Positions 58,401 through 64,000 of a DNA stretch of 64,000 nt are shown here, piece by piece. The position numbers and the translations under genes were made by a program. How positions within the stretch are numbered: position 1 is the first letter of the stretch; each line of letters opens with the position of its first letter. Source of the DNA: Tubiluchus corallicola (Eukaryota; Animalia; Priapulida); contig JAQGDQ010000150.1 of NCBI GenBank assembly GCA_030141605.1, positions 165,978-229,977 of the forward strand, read 5' to 3'. Under the pieces are notes generated by a model. It made no database searches. It was not told the origin of the DNA and worked only from the letters and a program-made list of their open reading frames with translations.

Positions 58401-60370
58401 ATACACATCATTGATGATGACTGAGGTGACACATTGCTTCCTGAATAAATGTAAAGAAAACACTACTAAATACTCAAAACAGGAGTTAAGACTTAAAGAC
58501 TTTCTGCCTATTATTTATGAAAAATGTTTTTAAACAAAGTGCATGATAAACAGCTACCATTTAACATTGCTTAGAAATAAGGAGAAAAATATACCATCTT
58601 GGAAGGAGATTGTTTCTGTCCAGCAATCAAACAAAAGTGGAATTAGTGTATCAATGAACAAGACACCATCAGTCATTTCCCTTTTGCGTGATTTTGTATT
58701 ATTTGATGCTAAACCTCTCCTGCAAACAAAACTGGCTGAAACTATGTCATTGTACTGAATTTAGGTATGCAGATAATAATGTAGTTAAGTGTCAGTAAGA
58801 ATGTCAGTAAAATGCTTTGGAATAATGACAACAGCATCAGCTGGTTAGCATGTGTACATAATTTTACTATACCTTAGTCTAAAGTAATTCTCATTATAGG
58901 GTTCTGTCCCACCGTACAGAAATGTTGTGACACTATAATGACCATTTCCCCAAACTAAATCCTTCACAGAACTGCTACTATCTTTGGGTGTTGCAGTGTT
59001 TGTCAAAACTTTGAGAAATTTGCCCAATCTCGTTAAGACAGCCATTCTCCACTTCTGCCTAGAGAGTTTACTAGAAGGATTCACTGTTAATGTTCTCAAG
59101 AAATTAGGTATGGTTCCACTTTCGCTTTTGTATTCTGTGCCTTTCTGAGAGATTAAAGACAAAAACTTTTCTAGAATTTGATGAGATGATGTAGTGACCA
59201 ACTCAGGATATTTTTCTAAATATACATCCAAAATTTTCAAAGCATCTATTCGAATTTCATCATTTATGTGTGTCATTGCACAACCCAAATGTGCACTCAT
59301 GATGGGAAAAAACGGCAAGATTTCTTTGCTAGATACGTTTGTTGTAATGATTTGAATCAGTGCTACAATGGCTTTACGTATGCCAGGATCCCTGTCAATA
59401 AATGCTGCAGCTATGCCACCAACAAGAAGAGAAAGGTTCTCGCGTATCAGATTGGGATGATGATTGAGCAACTCTCTCAAACCAGAAGTACCATCCAATC
59501 TCACATTTACATTGTAATGCTGTAAATGGCTCAGTAACTCCTAAAGAAAAAAAATGCTATTAGTACTCTGACACACACCAGGCTAAAGTGGGCAAACTAC
59601 TGAACCCAACAAATTTCTTGTTTAATGTGTGGATGTATCACAGGTTAACACAAATTAAAAGAGTCACAGCAACTGTAAATTGCACATACTTCATTTTTAA
59701 AACAGGAATGAATAGCCAGCATTCCATTATGTGATTGTCAAACATACCATTTTTGCCAAGTGTTAATGCAGCAGTCCCAGGAGAAACATAGATACGAAGA
59801 TGTATCTCAACTCTAGCTATTTCAATAAAATTTCACCACCCGGAAAAACACAGCTGCAGCAGTTCCCAGGAGAAATATAGATACAAAAATGTATCTCAGC
59901 TCTAGCTATTTCAATAAAATTTCACCACTCAGAAAAAACAAAGCTGTATACTAGCTTGTCAACGCACTTAACTGTAGATAGGCTAATGAAGCCATTCCTA
60001 TTTCCGTATTCTCAATTTTCATACTTCATCTGTCAAAGAAAAAATTGTTTTTATTGTTCCCCGGAATTTAATGTTTTTTCTCGACTTGTTTAAGTAGCAC
60101 TGTTAACTGTCACACTCAGTTAAAAATATACCCACTGACTTTCATTTTGTGTAATGCTACATTAAAGTAAAACAATACCTGAATATTTAATTTTCGCTTA
60201 GTTTCTGGTCCTTTGAAGTCTTTCCTCAACTGTTTTTTCAGCAGTATGGCCCTTGACTTGAATGCTGTCTCTGTAGCATTTAGAGATTTGGGTATCTTTT
60301 TGCCAACCTTCAACTTCACCTTTTGAAAATCTTTCTTTTTCTCCTTTTTCTTTTTGCTACCTTTAGCCAT
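43649..60370 (-). CDS. TEX10: Testis-expressed protein 10 / Ipi1 homolog (rixosome subunit, pre-60S processing)
   Basis: Exons 60370-60179, 59540-58873, 58719-58595, 58440-58331, 58016-57873, 57717-57504, 55744-55624, 53052-52883, 52662-52497, 51670-51508, 50281-50201, [49690-49499 and 49078-48971 doubtful], 46893-46635, 45601-45483 and 43741-43649 are in frame, all GT-AG. Length is 874 aa without and 974 aa with the doubtful exons. Motifs: KKDFQKVKLKVGKK...NATETAFKSRAI, LSHLQHYN..VRLDG, HLGCAMTHINDEIRIDALKILD (Ipi1_N), LIPLLFDCWTE, WLTLLPK, WWTDYKY. Confidence 0.9.
43920..45430. repeat. Two tandem diverged copies of an interspersed repeat (Helitron/HINE-like) with an internal (CA)n tract
   Basis: cgtctatgcca.accac.gaaggacac.acacca...ccacac at about 44050 and 44918; aatt(t)gggtag at 44547 and 45155; (CG)CA/CA tract at 44587-44638; second unit starts near aactagccc (44670). 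The family call is tentative. Confidence 0.45.
45754..46578. mobile_element. Degenerate PIF/Harbinger-like MITE
   Basis: Imperfect TIRs GGATCATTTAGACGAT and (reverse complement) GGTCCCTTTACACAAT. Subterminal agtttgaca repeats near both ends. Confidence 0.4.
48116..48856 (-). mobile_element. Older pogo-like element related to the 34396 and 55765 family
   Basis: Terminus TA-CAATAGTCGCCGCTTAATA. Minus-strand HTH start MSGKWKHRKLNAQGILELLDKFRRL. The other TIR is degenerate. Confidence 0.5.
49788..50135. mobile_element. hAT-type MITE (348 bp)
   Basis: Perfect 8-bp TSD CTACAGCG (49780-49787, 50136-50143). TIRs CAGTAGCGGAT and ATCTGCCGCTG. Subterminal gctgaagcctaaggccc at both ends. Confidence 0.9.
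55765..56592 (-). mobile_element. Second copy of the pogo/Tigger-like deleted element (828 bp), opposite orientation
   Basis: TIRs CAGTAGGCACCGCTTAATAGACTCAC and GTGAGTCTATTAAGCGGCGCCTACTG. The internal sequence is the reverse complement of 34396-35359. TA on the left, CA on the right. Confidence 0.9.
56738..57419. mobile_element. Degenerate pogo-type MITE
   Basis: Left end TA-CAGTCAACCCTC; right end ataacaaggtttgactaTA. Confidence 0.35.
59768..59947. repeat. Tandem duplication, ~88-bp period, in the first coding intron of TEX10
   Basis: cagcagt(t)cccaggagaaa.atagatac.aa.atgtatctca.ctctagctatttcaataaaatttcaccac...agctg occurs twice. Confidence 0.9.
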
Positions 60371-60699
60371 GTTTTCTGCAGGCATAAATCAGTATAATTG
60401 TATATAAATTAAATTAGAGTAATGCTAAAAATATCATTTTGTTTGAAAACTTAGAATGCTTACTGTTTCAAAGACAAAGTGATGAATTGATGACGTAATT
60501 TCTACTATCATTTTCTCAACATTGGTGTTGTTCCTATTAATCAGTTATCAGGAATGTGTCAAAAGACAGACGACCGTTACATTTGACTAATCATCTGATC
60601 ACTCACAGATATTATCGACAATTGTATAATAAATTAACAATCACTGAAAATTTTTTGCCAGTTTTATTATTCACGTTTCATATTTTGTTAATGAGGAAA

Positions 60700-62500
60700 A
60701 GATATGGACAGCAAGTAACATTTGAAGAGCAAATTATTTTGACATACAAGTGCATTCTTTAATGAATCTCTGCAGCTAGGTTTTGATGCAACAAAATTCT
60801 GACTTTAATGAACCACCATCAGTGTATAGTCCCTTCTCTAAGGTGAATATTTTAAACACTTGTTTTGCTCAAAATGTTACTTTAGGTAATGGTCATGTAC
60901 CTCACAGATGACAAAATTGATTAAGGGACTGACTTTGTTGGCCTTCCTTCAATGAAAATAAGGAAACTTACTAATAAGCATGAATCAAAGAAAAGTCACA
61001 CACCTGATGAGCTTCCTGCTATTACATTTAAGAAACTTGTAAATGTTCTTTGTTTGCCATTATTCTTCACATTTGAAATGTCGTTTATGGAGGGTGTTAT
61101 TTCAGCTACTTGGAAAAGGGCTGACATAAATCCCATTTACAAAAAAAAGTGAAAGCTAGGATCCAAACAATTACAAACCTGTGTCTTTAACATATATATC
61201 TTGTAAACTTATGGAATCAGTTATCTGTGAAAGTGCGAAATATATACTTTAGGTTTAAAAATTTGTTGACTCGGGAACAACATGGTTTTTCTCTGAGAAG
61301 GATCAACATGTACTCAATTATTAGAACTTTAGTTTGTATGATTGGAATCTTGCCTTGGATCTGGATACCAATGTAGATGTTGTATTAATTGACTTTCAAG
61401 GGCATTTGATATGGGTAGCCACCAAAACTCTTGATCAAACTCAAATCTCTTGGTATTCATGGATACGTACTGAATTCGATTACCTTTTTTGTTTAAACAG
61501 GACCTAGCGAGTTGTTTTTGGAAACTCTTTTTCAAACCATGTGCCTCTAACATCAGGAGTATCACAGGGCAGTGTGCTCGGGTCTTTGTTATTCATTAAG
61601 GACCTGTCAGATAATGTAGGACTGGTAACACTAAAATTATTTGCCGATGATGCCTAACTGTATCAATGCCTTAAATGATGGTACTTCTGACATCCAGTCA
61701 GCTCTTGAGAAAATCAAAACACACGAAGACCTATGGCAACTGACCATAGCTATACCTAACTGTAACATGATGCATGTTGGTAGAAAAAATTATGGTAATA
61801 ACTATTATTTACAAAATCTGGAAATTGAGACTACTAGTAATGTGCGAGAAATTGGAATAAATGTATCACAAAACCTAAAATTTACTGCCCCTTGCGATGA
61901 AGTTTGTACAACAGCAAACAGGATAACAAATATGATTTTTAGATTTTTTCTGTCAGCAACAAATGAACTTTATTGAAAGTTTATAAACTATATCAGACCA
62001 TTGGTTGAATATTGTCCTCCTGTGTAGAGTTCCTTATCTGCTTGGGGATTTAGATGTTATAAAAACGTTCAACTTCACTTTGCAAGACACATTTGTAATA
62101 GACGTGGAATTAATTACTAGTCATAATCATATAGATTATGGGTCTTAAATCTGATTAGAAGACGTATAATTTCTAATTTTTGCATGTGTTACAAATTTAT
62201 GCACAAGGATGTTGATTTAAACAGGGAAACATTTTTTACCAAATCTTTAAATAATATTAATAAAGCTAATAATAACACATGCAAGACACATTTTCATGAA
62301 TTTTCCTCAAATTGTGTTGTTCCAGTATGGAACTAATTGCCTGCTTCTGTAAATGGTACGCCATTAATAGTTACTGCTGGAAATGTTATTTCGTAGAAGA
62401 TTTGAACATCTTGATTTAACAACAAGGTTTCTTAAATTCGATAGACACATGCAACTGGCTTTGCTCTGTGTGTTTTCTTGCACATCTTAATAAGTGCTAA
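60700..62500 (+). mobile_element. Decayed CR1-type LINE ORF2 (RT)
   Basis: KSHTPDELPA...WKRADINPIYKK, DPNNYKPVSLT, CKLMES, QHGF, SGVSQGSVLG, KLFADDA, WQLTIAIPNCNMMHVGRKN, VVPVWN. Many disablements. Confidence 0.9.
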
Positions 62501-62799
62501 TTAAATAGTAGTAGGCTAGTAGTTATACTGATAGAGGTGAGCGATACCAATGATTTCAAGTATCGCGATTACCGAGTACTTTCAGGCAATAATTAATGGA
62601 TCACTATTGCTTTTTCATTAATTTTAAATAACAAACTTGGTATTTTTCAGACACTCCTGCTCTCCACAAGTCCACAATAAGTCTTTAACCAGAACTTATC
62701 AACGCACTTCTGAACATCCTTAAATACCAAATTTAATTCTTTCACAGAATATCTATAATATTCCTTTATCTTAAATAATAAAAATAAATGATTAGCAAT

Positions 62800-63410
62800 A
62801 CTTCTTCCTTTACGACCGCCGCTTGTTCTCGGCGATTCTCGGCCGCCGTGTGAAGCATGATCGCCATGACAACATTCGTACACAAACTTTATGCAGTTAC
62901 GCTCAGTACGTCTGGCACGTGTAGCTCGTGACTCGTGAGTGCGAGTCTGGCCGTTTGGACTTGGGGCAAATTTCGGGATGTGGGATTACTAACCTCAGGT
63001 CTTTAAAAAATTTTGTGAAGACAATATAATTGTTAAATTTGTATGGTGACGTCGAGTGCCGAGGCACCGTATTACGTACTTGAATGTTAATTAACAATAG
63101 GAGTTCAGCTGCTCTTTGCATTTAAATTAATGTAGGTCATGCTTAGAATAGAAAACAATAGAATAGAATAATATTCATCTTACCGGAGTGATGTACATCA
63201 GTATTAGAATTATCTTCACTCTGGTGCTACCTGTAATGTACCGGGCGAAGCTATTTAGCTTTTTGCCCCTAGTTTTCTCCATCTCAAATACTATAACGAG
63301 TTACATGTGCAAACAAAAAAGTTAGTTCGCTAGCCCGGGTTTGGTTCAATTAATTAGAATAATCTCAGAATTAAAAAATACTTATTGGTATTGGTAATTT
63401 TTTTAGACTG
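62800..63410 (-). promoter_or_regulatory. CpG-enriched region, candidate TEX10 promoter and non-coding first exon(s)
   Basis: Local CpG density is well above background. Minus-strand donors GAG|GTTAGT (62993) and CCG|GTAAGA (63183). An acceptor at 60376-60377 just before the ATG implies an upstream 5'UTR exon. Confidence 0.4.
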
Positions 63411-63902
63411 GTTCGTTGGTGTACCCGAATTTTTAGTTTATTTGTATGTTGAAAGCAAAGATCGTTTATTTTTTGTTATAATTGTCTGCTGGTAAAAGCA
63501 TCAGAGCTAGACTGGTCGGTGCTTAAATTTTGCCTCAAATTGAAAAAGTGAAATTTTTAAACCCAAGCAAACATGAAATTATTAGTATTGCTTCTTTTTA
63601 CATGGTTGTAATGTGTATATAAAGAAAACCAAGAGCTAGAGATTAAAATGTGCACATAATTAGTACAAAATCTCACTTTATTATATATCAATGACAATAA
63701 AGATATGCAAAGATTAGCAAGTTATATTAGCAATGCATTTTCCTGTAATTAAGCAAATTTTGGAGGGCTCAAATGAGATCTAAATTCTGGTACATAGACT
63801 TCCTCTAACATGAAAAATTCTGCTTTAATAAATATATTTTACCTACATTTACCTACATTTAGGTAATGTTGATTGTATTCTATTATAAAGGCAGCAGTAG
63901 GC

Positions 63903-64000
<98 letters not shown>
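63903..64000. repeat. (TAG)n microsatellite running off the window edge
   Basis: Pure agt/tag trimer run. Confidence 0.99.

Noticed and set aside
60478-60604. C/D snoRNA-like GTGATGA...CTGA with a gtgat/atcac terminal stem
   Set aside because: It lies on the strand opposite the TEX10 host, and I recognised no rRNA-complementary guide.

Overview
AT-rich, intron-rich eukaryotic DNA, most likely from an invertebrate animal; the species cannot be identified from the sequence. Three multi-exon genes can be spliced by hand with consistent phases. SLC35C2-like nucleotide-sugar transporter (minus strand, 1753-15343, 9 coding exons, 368 aa) needs two GC-AG introns. TSNAXIP1-like coiled-coil ciliary/sperm protein (plus strand, 23215-42626, 14 exons, 688 aa) has a perfect RFX X-box upstream. 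TEX10/Ipi1-like ribosome-biogenesis factor (minus strand, 43649-60370) has 14 core exons plus 2 doubtful ones. A possible last exon of a fourth, plus-strand gene lies at 921-989. Introns and intergenic DNA are packed with decayed LINEs (CR1/RTE-like), a hAT transposase relic, pogo/Tigger-like, hAT, Tc1/mariner and Kolobok-like non-autonomous elements, a tRNA-derived SINE, a foldback-like element, tandem duplications and long microsatellites. I found no convincing new multi-gene system. The best leads are: two identical AG|GCAAGT donors in SLC35C2, one gating a dileucine-motif tail; a three-level transposon nest filling the last SLC35C2 intron; and a MITE that appears to have displaced a TEX10 branch point. 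All gene models and homology calls come from manual reading and recalled motifs, not from database searches.
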